Notes: generated by a model from the sequence alone, not told the origin. A DNA stretch of 64,000 bases from Octopus vulgaris (GCA_951406725.2 OX597834.1:12338001-12402000), one strand, 5' to 3'. Counted from the stretch's first letter, positions 1 through 12,732 are shown. Numbers and translations: made by a program.

Positions 1-137
1 GTACTTAATTTATCGACCCCGAAAGGATGAAAGGCGAAGTGGACCTCGGCGGATTTTGAACTCAGAACGTAACGGCAGACGAAATGCCGCTAAGCATTTC
101 GCCTGGCGTGCTAACGATTTTGCCAGCTCACCGCCTT
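1..137 (-). mobile_element. SINE family A (tRNA-like head plus Meta/MESC-like core), cut by window edge
   Basis: Reverse complement of the unit ggcgg.gagctggca.aatcgttagcacgcc...gcctttcatcctttcggggtcgataaattaagtac, which recurs more than 15 times in the window. Confidence 0.85.
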
Positions 138-171
<34 letters not shown>

Positions 172-1132
172 GCAACAACAACAGATATAACAGCAATTTC
201 TGAACTTCTGCGTATTTGAGAAATAATTATTAATATTGCTATAAACGGTGGGGTGTCGGTTCGTTTTGGCGACGAGCATTTAGTTTGTACGATGAAATGA
301 ACATCTACTTATGATATTAACGTTTACCTATTTAGTTATTCTACAGACAATTGTAACATTAGTGCAACTCTCAGGTCGATTCAACGTGAGATGCTATATG
401 TTAATGACAGGACGTAAAATTACGAGCACTAAGCAGAGAGATACAGAGAAAGAGCGAGACAGATAATGAAAGTGAAAGTAGAGTTATGTCGACCGCAGTA
501 CTGGACTGGTATTTTATTTATTGATCGCTAAACGATAAAAGGCAAAGGTGACCCTGACGAGAGCAGGATACCAGAACCAATAACGCAAGACATATTTATC
601 ACACGCTTCAACGAATCTACCATTTCATCGCCTCCGTTCTAATTTATGCTGCTGCAGCTATGACTTATTTCACAGTTGTTGCTGTTACTGATATCAATCA
701 TACTACTACTACTACTACTACTACTATGGCTGCTACGGCTACTACTACTAATGGGGTTGCTTCTATTAATACTCTAAGATGACAAAGTAAAGTGACTACT
801 ACTACAGTTAATATAGCTACTGCTGCTGTTAATGCCGATTTTGCTACTACTACAACTGTTGCTTTTGATCCTGCTGCACAGCCGCTGCATTTGATGCAGC
901 TGTTACTGGTTAGTTAGTGTACTACTATTAAATAATAATCAACAACAAACTGTTAATATGCATTAGAGAATGTGCAGCAAATTCTCATAACTCACAAGTG
1001 TTACGAAATAAACGCAACTTTCTTTAGAGAGTTGGTACTTGTTAAGTCAAGCACAGAACGTACCTCACAAAAACTGTGGGATGAAAACGAAAGATAGAAT
1101 GAAATAAAAAAAATTTAGAGGTGAATTTGCAA

Positions 1133-1175
<43 letters not shown>

Positions 1176-1206
1176 TACACACACATATATGTATGCATCT
1201 ATATAT

Positions 1207-1590
1207 AGGAGTGGCTGTGTGGTAAGTAGCCTGCTTACAAACCACATGGTACCGGGTTCAGTCACACTGCGTGGCACCTTGAGTAAGTGTCTTCTACCAT
1301 AGCCTCGGGCCGACTAAAGCATTGAGTGGATTTGGTAGATGGAAACTGAAAGAAGCCCTTCGTATTTATGTATATATATATATGTGTGTGTGTGTTTGTG
1401 CGTTTGTCCCCAACATCGCTTGACAACAGATGCTGGTGTGCTTGCGTCCCCGTAACGTAGCGGTTCGGCAAAAGTGACCGATAGAAAAAGTACTAGGCTT
1501 ACAAAGAATACGTCGTGGGCTCGATTTGATCGACTAAAGGCGATGCTCAAGCATGGCCACAGTCAAATGACTGAAACAAGAAAAAGAGTA
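1207..1590 (+). mobile_element. SINE family B (tRNA head, CORE-like ccttgggcaagt, internal TA/TG microsatellite); a second, decayed copy follows at ~1606-1945
   Basis: A-box-like tggctgtgtggtaag, B-box-like gggttcagtc, 3' end ...gactgaaacaag; more than 20 copies in the window. Confidence 0.9.
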
Positions 1591-2717
1591 GAAGAGTATA
1601 TATAGTAGTGACTATGTGGTAAGTTGCTTGTTTACCAACCACATGGTTCAGGGTTCAGTCCCACTGTGCAGTACCTTGGGCAAGTGTCTTTTACTATAGC
1701 CTCGGGCCGACCAGAACATTGAATAGATTTTGTTGACGGAAACTGAAAGAAGCCCATCGTATATGTGTGCGTGTGTTTTTTTCCCACAACGTCGCTTGAC
1801 ACCATCGATGCTGGTGTGTTTACGTCCCTGCAAATTACTGGTTCGGCAAAAGACACCGATAGAATATGCCCTGGGTCCGATTTGCTCGACTAAAGGCGGT
1901 GATCCACCGTGGCCGCAGTAAACTGAGTGGAATAAGTAAAAACAATAACAGAAAAAAAAAATATATATATATATATACATACACACATATATATATATGT
2001 ATATATTAATTATTATTTTGCATTTTATGTTCAGTTATAATGAAATGAATTTTACACTAATGTGATTGGTTACTCTATATTTTTGTATAGAACAAATTTA
2101 TTATTCTTATAAAAGAAAGCTGTTGAAAGTAACTTCGAAGTTTAGACAGCTAGGCCACCGTCAGAAAATCTGTCGATGTGTTAGCAGGAGCAGACTTCGA
2201 AGTTACCGGCAACAACATTCTTGTATAAGAATCATATATGTGTGTGTATGTGCGCGCACAATGCATGCGTACGCATAAGTATGTATATATGTGCATATGT
2301 AAAGACACGCACACATTGATATGCGAGTGTATGGCCATGTGTATATGTAAAATTTGAATGCCTGTGAGAGTGAGGGGAGATTCAGAGACAAAAAAAGAGA
2401 GAGAGAGAGGAGATGGAAGGAATTTTACGGAGGGGGTACGCGCGTGTGTATTGATCGCAGGTGAGCTTATACTTAAGCGAATAAGAAATTTTCGCATCTC
2501 TGTGTCTGTGTGTAAGACCCTGTGCTTCTCATTATCTTCCTCTGCACTTCGCTGTCGATAGTACAGCTGTGTAAGTGTGTTACTAATCTGTTGTTCAAAC
2601 CGTGTTGCAACTGTTGTGAAATGCACGCTGTCAGTGTTCTCGTGTTTAGATACAAATTCAGAAAGCGCGTCCGGTGAAATGATTTTATATATATATATAA
2701 ATACATATATATATCTA

Positions 2718-3012
2718 TAGGGAGAGTTTACGAAAAAAACAAAAGACGAAGACAGGTGGTGTACAAAACAAACAGGTGTATTTGTATAACGCTCAGGAAA
2801 AGAAAAATGTCTTTTACGTTTCGAGCCTACGCTCTTCTACAGAAAGGGACACAGAAAAAACAAGGAGTGAAAAAAGGAGTGAAAAAAAGGAGTGAAAAAA
2901 AGGAGAGAGAAAAAGGAGAGAGAAAAAGGAGAGAAAAAAGGAGAGAAAAAAGGAGTGAGAAAAGGAGAGAAAAGGGAGTGAAAAAAGGAGTGAAAAAATG
3001 TGTGTAGTGGCT
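2718..3012 (-). mobile_element. Probable Penelope-like element terminal/pLTR remnant with a minimal hammerhead motif and an internal ~12-bp GGAGAGAAAAAA repeat
   Basis: Minus strand reads CTTT-CTGTAGAA-GAGC gtag GCTC-GAAAC-GT-A-AAAG. The segment abuts a (TA)n run. Confidence 0.5.
2808..2851 (-). ncRNA. Minimal type I hammerhead-like ribozyme motif (variant core)
   Basis: Stem I cttt/aaag, stem II GAGC/GCTC, GAAA, palindromic ACGT stem III. The core is CUGUAGAA rather than canonical CUGANGA. Confidence 0.5.
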
Positions 3013-4195
3013 ACTTATTTGGTACTTATTTTTTTACCAACCCGAGAAACCTCACAAACTGTCAATTACATTGACCGTCGTATTTCTATGTTACTGACTT
3101 CATCTAAAATATAATCCCTTATGTTGTAAAACATTATTATACGATGTTTGGAACAATTCTGAAGTATAAAAATGTTTAGATCCGGTGGCAAATATATTTC
3201 TTTTCTGTACTATAAATCACATAATGTACAAAGTTATTCGTGGTCAGAACGGGCTCCATTTTATATATGTTACGGTACCGTTACACGTATTTCAAAACTG
3301 TTAAATCAAACGGATTCGAATTGAAAGCAAAACATATGCTGTACATAAATATGGATTCAATGTTGGCGAAAATCTGTTGGTATACACTGTAGTAGAGAAA
3401 ATGGTATTACAACAAAACAATAACACACCAATAAGTATAATGTTTTCAAATTCATGCATAAAGCCTGCAATTTTGAGGCGAGAATATGCGATCATTACCA
3501 TCGGATCATAGCACTTGACTTCTTTATATCATGGAAAATGGACGGACGAAAATCAAACATAACGTTGGCGATATTTCAACGAAGAACCGAGAAAATGGGA
3601 GTAAATACTGAAAGCTATTTTTTTTCTGTTGCTCGAATGCTTCTCAGCACAAATTATAATGGATACAACTTTTGGTACAAGGCCAGTAAATTTACAGGGT
3701 GCGAGTAAGTCGATCACATTCACTTCACTGCTCAACAGTTACGTATTTTATCGACTGCGAAAAAGGATGTCGACCTCGGTGGCAATTGATCTAAGAACGT
3801 AAAACCGGTAAAAATGCGGCAAATCATCTTATGCTGCGTACTAACAATTCTGCTTGTTCGCTGCTTTGTAATGGTGATATTTGTAATCAACGACAGAACA
3901 ATGATATTGATTTGAATGAATTTAGTTAACTTAAATCACTAGTGGAAGGCTCTGCTCTTTTTAGTTTTCTTGCACTTGATATAAACTCACAAAGATAATA
4001 TCTCCGGGTATCTCAGAAAAATCAATTTGGACCGTAACATTGACTCATCAACAACATCAATAAATACAGCGGTAGGCATTGGATATGTGGTTGAAGTTTC
4101 TTTCAGAACTATGTGGTCTCAAGTGCAGTCAAGCAATGTGACACATTAGAAAAATACGAATTAATAAAGACTCTAAGCAATATCGTGTGTATGAA

Positions 4196-4244
<49 letters not shown>

Positions 4245-4317
4245 ATATTAGGGAATAAATCCAAATTTACAGGGAAAAATCAGATTTAGGATTGAATCCA
4301 ATTTTATAGTTAAATAT

Positions 4318-4506
4318 TATATAATATTAATTAGAGACAAAACTACTAATTTGCAAATCAAACAAAGAAAGACTTAATCCAATACATAAAAAAAAATTAA
4401 TATAAATTAAATAAAATTTTATTTAATTTATATTAAATTTTTTATGTATTGGATTAAGTCTTTCTTTGTTTGATTTGCAAAATAGTGGTTTTGTCTCTAA
4501 TTAATA

Positions 4507-4513
<7 letters not shown>
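4318..4513. repeat. Near-perfect ~195-bp palindrome (inverted duplication of a dispersed repeat end)
   Basis: Arms ...attagagacaaaactact...gacttaatccaatacataaaa and ttttatgtattggattaagtc...agtggttttgtctctaat, centre at 4416/4417. A related non-palindromic copy lies at ~11226-11380. Confidence 0.9.
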
Positions 4514-4545
<32 letters not shown>

Positions 4546-4793
4546 GATGAATAGCCTTCGCGTAAACCATTGGTTCGTTTTGTTCTCTTACTTTATCATC
4601 TTATAATCATCTCATAATAATGACTTTTACGACTCGTATTACTACCTCAGTCAATCTAAATGTATATATTTTTCACTACCTGTCATAAATAGCCTTTCTT
4701 TTATTTGCAATATGCATTTTCGTTGATTTTTTCATCTTTTACCCTTACATTTCCTCGTGTATTTTATATTTTCTTTTCGTAACATATTTCTAC

Positions 4794-4835
<42 letters not shown>

Positions 4836-4836
<1 letters not shown>

Positions 4837-5044
4837 TTTTACTTGTTTCAGTCATTTGACTGCGACCATGCTGGAGCACCGCCTTTAGTCGAGCAAATCG
4901 ACCCCACGACTTATTCTTTGTAGGCCTTGTACTTATTCTATCGTTCTCTTTTGCCGAACCGCTAAGTTACGGGGGCGTAAACACACCACCATCGGTTGTC
5001 AAGCGATGTTGGGGGAACAAACACAGGCACAGAAACACACACAC

Positions 5045-5094
<50 letters not shown>

Positions 5095-5253
5095 GACGGG
5101 CTTCTTTCAGTTTCCGTCTACCAAATCCACTCACAAGGCTTTGGTCAGCCCGAGGTTATAGAAGAAGACACCTGTCCTAGGTGCCACGCAGTGAGACTGA
5201 ATCCCGAGCCATGTAGTTTGTAAGCAAGCTACTTACCACACATCCATTCCTAC

Positions 5254-5257
<4 letters not shown>
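4836..5257 (-). mobile_element. SINE family B, full length
   Basis: Reverse complement of the family B unit, with internal (TA)n. Confidence 0.9.
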
Positions 5258-5296
<39 letters not shown>

Positions 5297-5590
5297 AATA
5301 GGTAGGTAGGTATACACGTGGACACACATGTGTGCATATGTTTGTGTACATTTGTATACAAAGTGTCCATGATCTCCCTTTATTTTTAAATTTTATTTAT
5401 TTATTTTCTTTTTTGAGCACTGCAGACCGAAAGCTTTCTCACTGATAATAATTTGTTTTACAGCGTTCCGAAATATCTATTAAGTTTTGGTTACATCAAA
5501 CAAAAAAATTTATTGATAGAAGGATTACGTACAGTGGAAAGTCAGTCATGTGTATTCCATATTATATTATAATATATGTGTGTGTGTGTA

Positions 5591-5820
5591 GGCGCGTGGC
5601 CTAGTGGCTAGATGAGGGTTCGAATTCCACACTGGACACCGCGTTGTATTTTTGAGCAAAACATATTTTCACGCCGTTTTTCACCCAGGAGCGGAACGTT
5701 GGCCAGCTCGCATAGCCAGCGGTGTGGCGCCATTTGAATAAAGCAATTCAAAAGCGCATTGTGACCAGCGATATGTAACTGCATCTAATAACTTGTCGGG
5801 CACGTGATCACCTTACGTGA
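5591..5820 (+). mobile_element. Decayed tRNA-headed SINE with the family C tail
   Basis: Head ggcgcgtggcctagtggcta...gggttcgaattcc; tail gcattgtgaccagcgat shared with 13914 and 41981. Confidence 0.7.
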
Positions 5821-6030
5821 TATATATAATTAGTATCTAATAAAAATCGTATGGTATAAGCCTAGTAGATAACAGGTAAAGCACGCTCTTTAGTTTTGTG
5901 TTCGTTGCGGATGTAATTAATGAGAGAGATGGAAAATGAAAGATACGGGAATATTTATTGATCACTACAATCGTTTCGACACATCTAACATCGATCCTTC
6001 GTATATTGCACAACTGGCTTAGGGGTATAC

Positions 6031-6261
6031 CTATTTCTTTATTACCCACAAGGGGCTAAACAGAGGGGACAAACAAGGACAGACATAGGTATTAAGTCAA
6101 TTACATTGACCCCAGTGAGTAACTGGTACTTCATTTATCGACGCTGAAAGGATGAAGGGCAAAGTCGACCTCGGCGGAATTTGAACTCAGAACGTAACGG
6201 CAGACGAAATACCACTAAGCATTTCGTCCGGCGTGCTAACGTTTCTGCCAGCTCGCTGCCT
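6031..6261 (-). mobile_element. SINE family A, full length, with ~16-bp TSD
   Basis: Flanked by tggcttaggggtatac and tggtttaggtgtatac. Confidence 0.9.
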
Positions 6262-6334
6262 TGGTTTAGGTGTATACGTTGGGGTAGTTCTGTCATGTTA
6301 TGTGTTGGAAAATGAGGGGAACAGAGCCACAAAC

Positions 6335-6745
6335 TCTAAGAAATGCTCGTGCAAAGACAAAGCAAAATGCTTATTGATGAATCTCTGCATGATTACCCAT
6401 GTTGAATATAAATGCACCTTACACACACAGGGGCGACCCGTGCGTTTACATTGTTGCAACGGACGATTCGTTTCAGGAACCGATATCGAAACCATGTCGA
6501 CAGCTTAAATGCAAATCAAGAGGATCTCGATATCTTTGGTTTTTGTGTGGGAACTAAAATTCGATAAGATTGAATTTGATCTCACTTGGTCCATAAGACA
6601 TGAACAACGGTACAACATACTTCCAGGAGATGCAGATTATGCGCCGAGGAATCGCTGTGCAATTTGTGGACTAATGAAAAGCTCATTAATAGAATTTCAG
6701 AAAGATTAACAAGATGATTGCATGTTAATACAGATAGTTCCACAC
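6335..6745 (+). pseudogene. Penelope-like element GIY-YIG endonuclease remnant (frameshifted)
   Basis: Across frames: CSCKDKAKCLLMNLCMITHVEYKC..VYIVATDDSF..RNRYRNHVDS..FVWELK..IEFDLTWSI..TSRRCRLCAEES. This fits the PLE endonuclease pattern CNCR..CPL.G.C..VVY..YIG.T..FK.R..NH..SF..W.LK..W.I..C.LC. Confidence 0.8.
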
Positions 6746-7021
6746 TATTCAGTGGGCTTTAAATTGATAATCACACTTTAGCTAATTGTATGGATGAATA
6801 ATCGCAACTTCCTCATTTTTATAAACACCATGCCACGGTTGTTACCAGCATCACTAAGATAACCCTTGGTCCGTGCATACAGCTTAAAATGAGATAAAGA
6901 CTAATTTGTGCCTCTCAATACGTGGGATGAAAACGCAAGAAACCTACGACTGACTACACCGGAAATCCTAACCCTGTCACTGATGCATTCTACAGCCTCT
7001 CGGATGTTTGATTAGCTGTTG

Positions 7022-7052
<31 letters not shown>

Positions 7053-7063
7053 AATAATGATAA

Positions 7064-7250
7064 ACACCAGGGCTTACAAACACATTTAACATACAGAAAA
7101 TTGCACTACTAGGCACTGCACACATCTAACGCAGAGCACTTTCCATACAATAACCATCAGAGCATCACAACAAATCACAGCACATACCTAAGGCACACAG
7201 AGCTGCGCTCGGTAGTGAAGTGAAAGCGCACTATAAAAATAAAACTACTG
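7064..7250 (+). mobile_element. Dong/R4-clade non-LTR retrotransposon 3' end inserted in (TAA)n
   Basis: Translates TPGLTNTFNIQKIALLGTAHI*RRALSIQ*, matching the R4/Dong C-terminal QK..LLGTA.ILR motif. It is followed by a short 3' UTR and has (TAA)n on both sides, the known Dong target. Confidence 0.8.
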
Positions 7251-7469
7251 AATAATAATAATAATAATAACGATAATAATAATACTGATAATAATGATAA
7301 TAATAATGATAATAATAATGATAATAATAATAATACTGATAATAATGATAATAATAATGATAATAATGATAATAGTAATAATGATAATAATAATAATGAT
7401 AATAATGATAATAATAATGCTAATAATAATGATAATAATAATGCTAATAATAATAATGATAATAATAAT
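7251..7469. repeat. (TAA)n/(TGA) microsatellite
   Basis: Direct observation. Confidence 0.95.
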
Positions 7470-8024
7470 GCCTGATGCAGTACCAGGCAGTGGCTCTCAT
7501 GGCTTCTGATCTTAACTGATTGGAAGTGTTATCATGTACATTGTTTTGTCTTGGTATAAAAGATGGGCTACAGCAAATATTCTGCTCAATACCACAGATT
7601 TGCTTGTCAGTTGTTTGACCTTAACCAGTTGAGCATGTCCCTTAGTGGCTGACGATATGCGCATCTCTGATCACGAGCAGAAGTAGTGGGGTGCATCATA
7701 ACCATGTGTTGAGAGGGATTCTTTGGGGTTTGAATAATTCACCTCTGGAAACATGGGTGGTTCTTTCAACATCCTTAAACAACCCTTATTCAGGGACCTT
7801 TTGAGCGGGATGGGCTACTCAACCTGAAGAAAAAATTCTAACTGGGCCCCATCTGCAAGGTCATGTGCTGTTTATCTTGATATAAGATCACCATGTTGCG
7901 CACATATGGTTGTGATGCATGTGTCTGGTGTACCTTTATCAGACGGGTAGTCATGATGGGTATATTGGGCTTCGTATATTTTACCCCAGTGTCACTTTGA
8001 TGGCATGAACTGCTCTCTCATTCA
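7470..8024 (+). mobile_element. ~555-bp (TAA)n-flanked non-autonomous element, full copy
   Basis: Starts gcctgatgcagtaccagg and ends ctgctctctcattc(aat)n. Further pieces lie at 24180-24388 and 61968-62640. Confidence 0.75.
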
Positions 8025-8107
8025 ATAATAATAATAAAACACCCATCTACTTACACATCATCCTAGAGAGTTTATGCATGCAATAGATACAACCAATATG
8101 TGTAAAT

Positions 8108-8187
<80 letters not shown>

Positions 8188-8649
8188 TATTCATATATAT
8201 ATATATATATATATACATATATATTCATATATATATATATAATCAGAGACTACACAATGCATGAGGAAATCTTGATGTGAAGTTGAGCTAAATCATTTTT
8301 TTTCGATATGATATTGGGTAATTGCATTAGTTACATCTGTTTCGATGTAACATTCTTGTGTATGAGTAAGTTTTATCTATCTGTATCCACATGGTTGCAT
8401 ATCCTTGTGCAATTCTATAGATTTATTGCCAATTCATACACATTTATACAGATGTGTTGGTATCTGAATACAGAAACGTGTTTACGTGTATGTGCGAATA
8501 TATCAACCCCAAAAGATGTGCCGATAGACGTATGTTAATGCATGCCTGTATGTATATATATAAACTTAATTAGAAATAATGATATGAATAATATATATAT
8601 GCATATATACACACACATACACACAAATATATATATCCACATGCATATA

Positions 8650-9170
8650 TGGTTACAGGACGTCACCAACAGTAAACAACATGAAATACGAAAACAAATG
8701 AGTTCAATATGCAAACAAGAGAAACAAATGGAAGAGATAATATGTTACATTAAGAACTACATTTCATCAGTTGTCAGCTGTCTATCTACTCCTCATTTCG
8801 AGCACTGAACGACAACATGAGTCTTCGAAGACAGTTGCTCCCATAAGTACCAACATAAAATAATTTGGGATTTATGGAGGGTCCAAGTTGGGAAAAAATA
8901 AGACGATTGAGACATAAAAGGAAACCGAACGAAAAGGAACATGGAGGGTCATTAGACCAAAACGAGGATAAAATAGCGGACGCTGGAGAAATATTTTCTT
9001 TGACAAAAGAAATGATTGAAGAGAGAGAGAGAGATAAGACAACGTCCAGTCCTTATGACATCCCTGAAGAAAAGAAAGATGATTACGTGAGGAAAAGAAA
9101 GGCGGACAATGATTACGTATGAGCAACGGGAGAGGGAGAAAAAGAGAAAGTGGGAGAGAATCAGTAGTGT
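8650..9170. mobile_element. Unclassified dispersed repeat, related to 50763-51640
   Basis: Both start after TA-rich DNA with gg.tacaggac.tca...aacgaaaaca and contain tc.tcagttgtc. Confidence 0.5.
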
Positions 9171-10800
9171 GTCATTATGTTTGTGTGTATGTATATATAG
9201 CAATATACCTTGGAATGCTTTCATATATCCGTGTGAGAAAGTATGAGTATATATCAATATGTATGTCCACATTTATGCGTGTACAAGTGTTATAACTATA
9301 CCAGCTAGATGCAGTGAAGTCCACCACAGAATGTGTGACCTCTTCAAAAGTAGCATCGCATCAATGGACAGTAATACACACCGACTTTATTAATACCTTC
9401 CTAATTGTGTGTGGGAGAGCTTGTGCGCCAGACTACGCGTGTGTGTGAGTATGCATACCACGTGTGTGTGGGCGTGTGTACATCCATAGTTAAGAACGGT
9501 TATATGTAATAATTTTCTTTCCCTGTATTGTGTACTTCTTTCTTTGTGTATCTCACCTTTGTTAAGGATATTCTGTAAGCATGAAGCTATATCCATTGAT
9601 TTGCCATTTCTATGTGCGATGGCCAAGAACAAGACATGCAGAAATAAGTTGTACGAAACAAAGTTTACTTTAACGAGGAACCTCTAAAAATCACCCGAGG
9701 AGACACAACTGCTCCAAGGAATACACCTAAACCAGTTGTACAGTATGGCAATATCCGACCCGCGAAAGGCCTATGCGAGAAGAGTCGAAACAATTGTAGT
9801 AATCAACAAGGAATCTGGTATCTTCCGTTGTTCATCTCTTTGTTATATATATATAACGATGTAAGAAATTTGAAAAGCTGAACGCGAAACCGGTAATTTC
9901 TTCTAAATAATGTCATAGTAAGAAAAAAAATGTATAACATTCTTCAGACATATTGACTCAAATATATATTTTTTAACCTTTTAAAACAAGCCTTCTGTAG
10001 TTTTTTCACTTCTTACTATTTTCTATATATTCAACCACGTGCTTTCTCAAACCAACTTTCTCATCTATATATATATATATATATATATATATTCTTTTAT
10101 TTTTTCCCCTTCTGTTTCGGTTGTTAAACTACGGCCATACTGGGGAATTTTTAGTCGAACTAATCGAACCCTGGTGCTTATTCTATCGGTCTCTTTTGTC
10201 GATCCGTTAAATTACTCAGACGTAAACACACCAACAGTGGTGGTCAAGCGGTGGAGGAGAAACAAACACATAGTTATATACATATACGACGGGCGGTTTT
10301 TCAGTTGCCGTCTAACAAATCCACTCCCAAGTCTACAGCGGAAGACACTTGGCCAAGGTGCCACTGAACCTGGAACCATGTGGTTGGGAAGCAAGGTACT
10401 TACCACACAGCCACATCCGCGCCTACTTTATTTTAAGCTATTTTTATGTCAGTTTTACAGCAATCCCTTTGGAAACAATGATGACTCAGACACGAACATG
10501 CAAACACATACATACAGGCATACATACATACATACATGTACTTTATAAACTTATACACATTCAATCATACGCATACACTCTCAGATATATTCATATTGCT
10601 TACGAGTTTTGGCACAAAGTCAGGTATTTCTGGGTTGGGCGTTAAGTTGCTCAACTCATGCTTACCTTATCCACACCGAACGGGAAAGTCAACTTCGGTC
10701 GAATTTTAAAATGAAGACGGAGGAAATACCACTAAACACACACACACACACGCACATGTATGTGTGTGTGAATGTATGTACACAAATGTATGTATGTATA

Positions 10801-11200
10801 TACTCTTTTACTCGTTTCAGTCATTTGACTGCGGCCATGCTGGAGTACCGCATTTAATCGAGCAACTCAACCCCGGCACTTATTCTTTTGTAAGCCCAGT
10901 AATTATTCTATCGGTCTCTTTTGCCGAACCGCTAAGTGTCGCGGACGTAAACACACTAGCATCGGTTGTCAAGCAATGCTAGGGGGACAAACACAGACAC
11001 ACAAACATATACACACACACTTATATATACATATATACGACGGGCTTCTTTTCAGTTTCCGTCTACCAAATCCACTCACAAGGCATTGGTCGGCCCGGGG
11101 CTATAGCAGAAGACACTTGCCCAATATGCCACAAGTAGGACTGAACCCGGAACCATGTGGTTGGTTAGCAAGCTACTTACCACACAGCCACTCAGCCACT
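10801..11200 (-). mobile_element. SINE family B, full length (decayed copy also at ~10110-10424)
   Basis: Matches the family B unit. Confidence 0.9.
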
Positions 11201-11638
11201 ATATATATATATATATGTATATATAACAATAATATTAGGGAGTATATCCAAACTTACAGGTAAAAATTAGATTTAGGATTAAATCAAATTTCGCATTATA
11301 AATATAAATTAAATTAGAGATAAAACCACTATTAGGCAACTCAAATAGTGATAGACATAACCCAAGCCATAAAAAAATATATATAATATAATATATATAT
11401 ATATAAAATTTAAATTTTAAAATTTTTATATACTTTTTAATTTTTTATATCTTTAAACTTTTAATATCTACCTAACCAAAAAGTATAAAAAAGATAAATA
11501 TAATATAATTGAGATAAAACACGTACGTAGTGTTTTTACTTAATTCATATATATATATTTTTTTTTATATGTATATATATACTCATACATACATTTGTGT
11601 ACATACATTCACAGAACAAAATCTTGCAAAACAAATAT

Positions 11639-11690
<52 letters not shown>

Positions 11691-12523
11691 TACTGAGAGA
11701 GGGAGAGAGAAATGGATACAGAGAAAAAGAAAACGTGTGTGATAGAATATAGCTTCGGAACGTATTGCTTAGCTGGTTACAACAATATCGAATATCAAAG
11801 AAGGAGATCGATTACGGTGTGAAAGATTGTAGACTAGCAGGTCTGTAGATGTCATTGTGTCGCTTAGTGCATTCAGTAAACCAACACAAGCTTTGTATTT
11901 AAGCAATATATTCCAATAAGTCACTTGACAAAATGTTCTGATGTGAGTACATGGTGTTATAAGACGACGAGAGTGTCTTCATGTACTTTCTCAACCTGCT
12001 AGAAGCAAAAGCTAAAATTACATCGAATCATATGATAGCATATTAGATGTTAGAAGATAATGTGTCACTACATTAATTATAATGGCGCTCGTGTACTTGC
12101 TCTTGAGATTTAAGTATCCTTAACCCTAGCGTTAAAGCAGTTAAATGTCAGAAATGATAGCATGACGGACAACACGGATAGTGGTCATTTTTCTAACTGT
12201 TTACCTTCTTCAAATTTCAAAGTAGGTAACTGTACCTTTCATCGTTTTGAGGTCGATAAAATAAGGTGGCAATCAAGAACTGAACAAGGCTCGAATGAAA
12301 TCGAATTGTACCTGTCTTTCAAAATTTGTGGCTTTGAACCCTTGGAAAACACTGGCTTCTCGTTTAGTAACGTATTGTGATCTCGATCTCTTTCACACCT
12401 AGGAAAGGTGGTAACTCAACGTATGAGACCTAGGGCTCAAGACGAAAATAAACATGCGCGCAAACACAGGCAGGCATACAGATGCACGCACAAACACAAT
12501 CGTACGCACTCTCTCTCTCTCTC

Positions 12524-12686
12524 TCTTTTACTTGTTTCAGTCATCTGACTGACGCCATGCTGGAGCAACACCTTTAGTCGAGCAAATCGACCCCGGGACT
12601 CATTCTATCGGTCTCTTTTGCCGAACCGCTAAGTAACGGGGACAAAAATACACCAGCATTGGTTGTCAAGCAATGCTAGAGGGAAT

Positions 12687-12732
<46 letters not shown>

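Noticed and set aside
3454-3708. ORF with LDFF reminiscent of a Tc1/mariner DL.P.DFF motif
   Set aside because: The match is too short, and no other transposase motif or TIR was seen.
8865-9122. 85-aa charged ORF
   Set aside because: It lies in the purine-rich strand of a dispersed repeat and has no domain signature.
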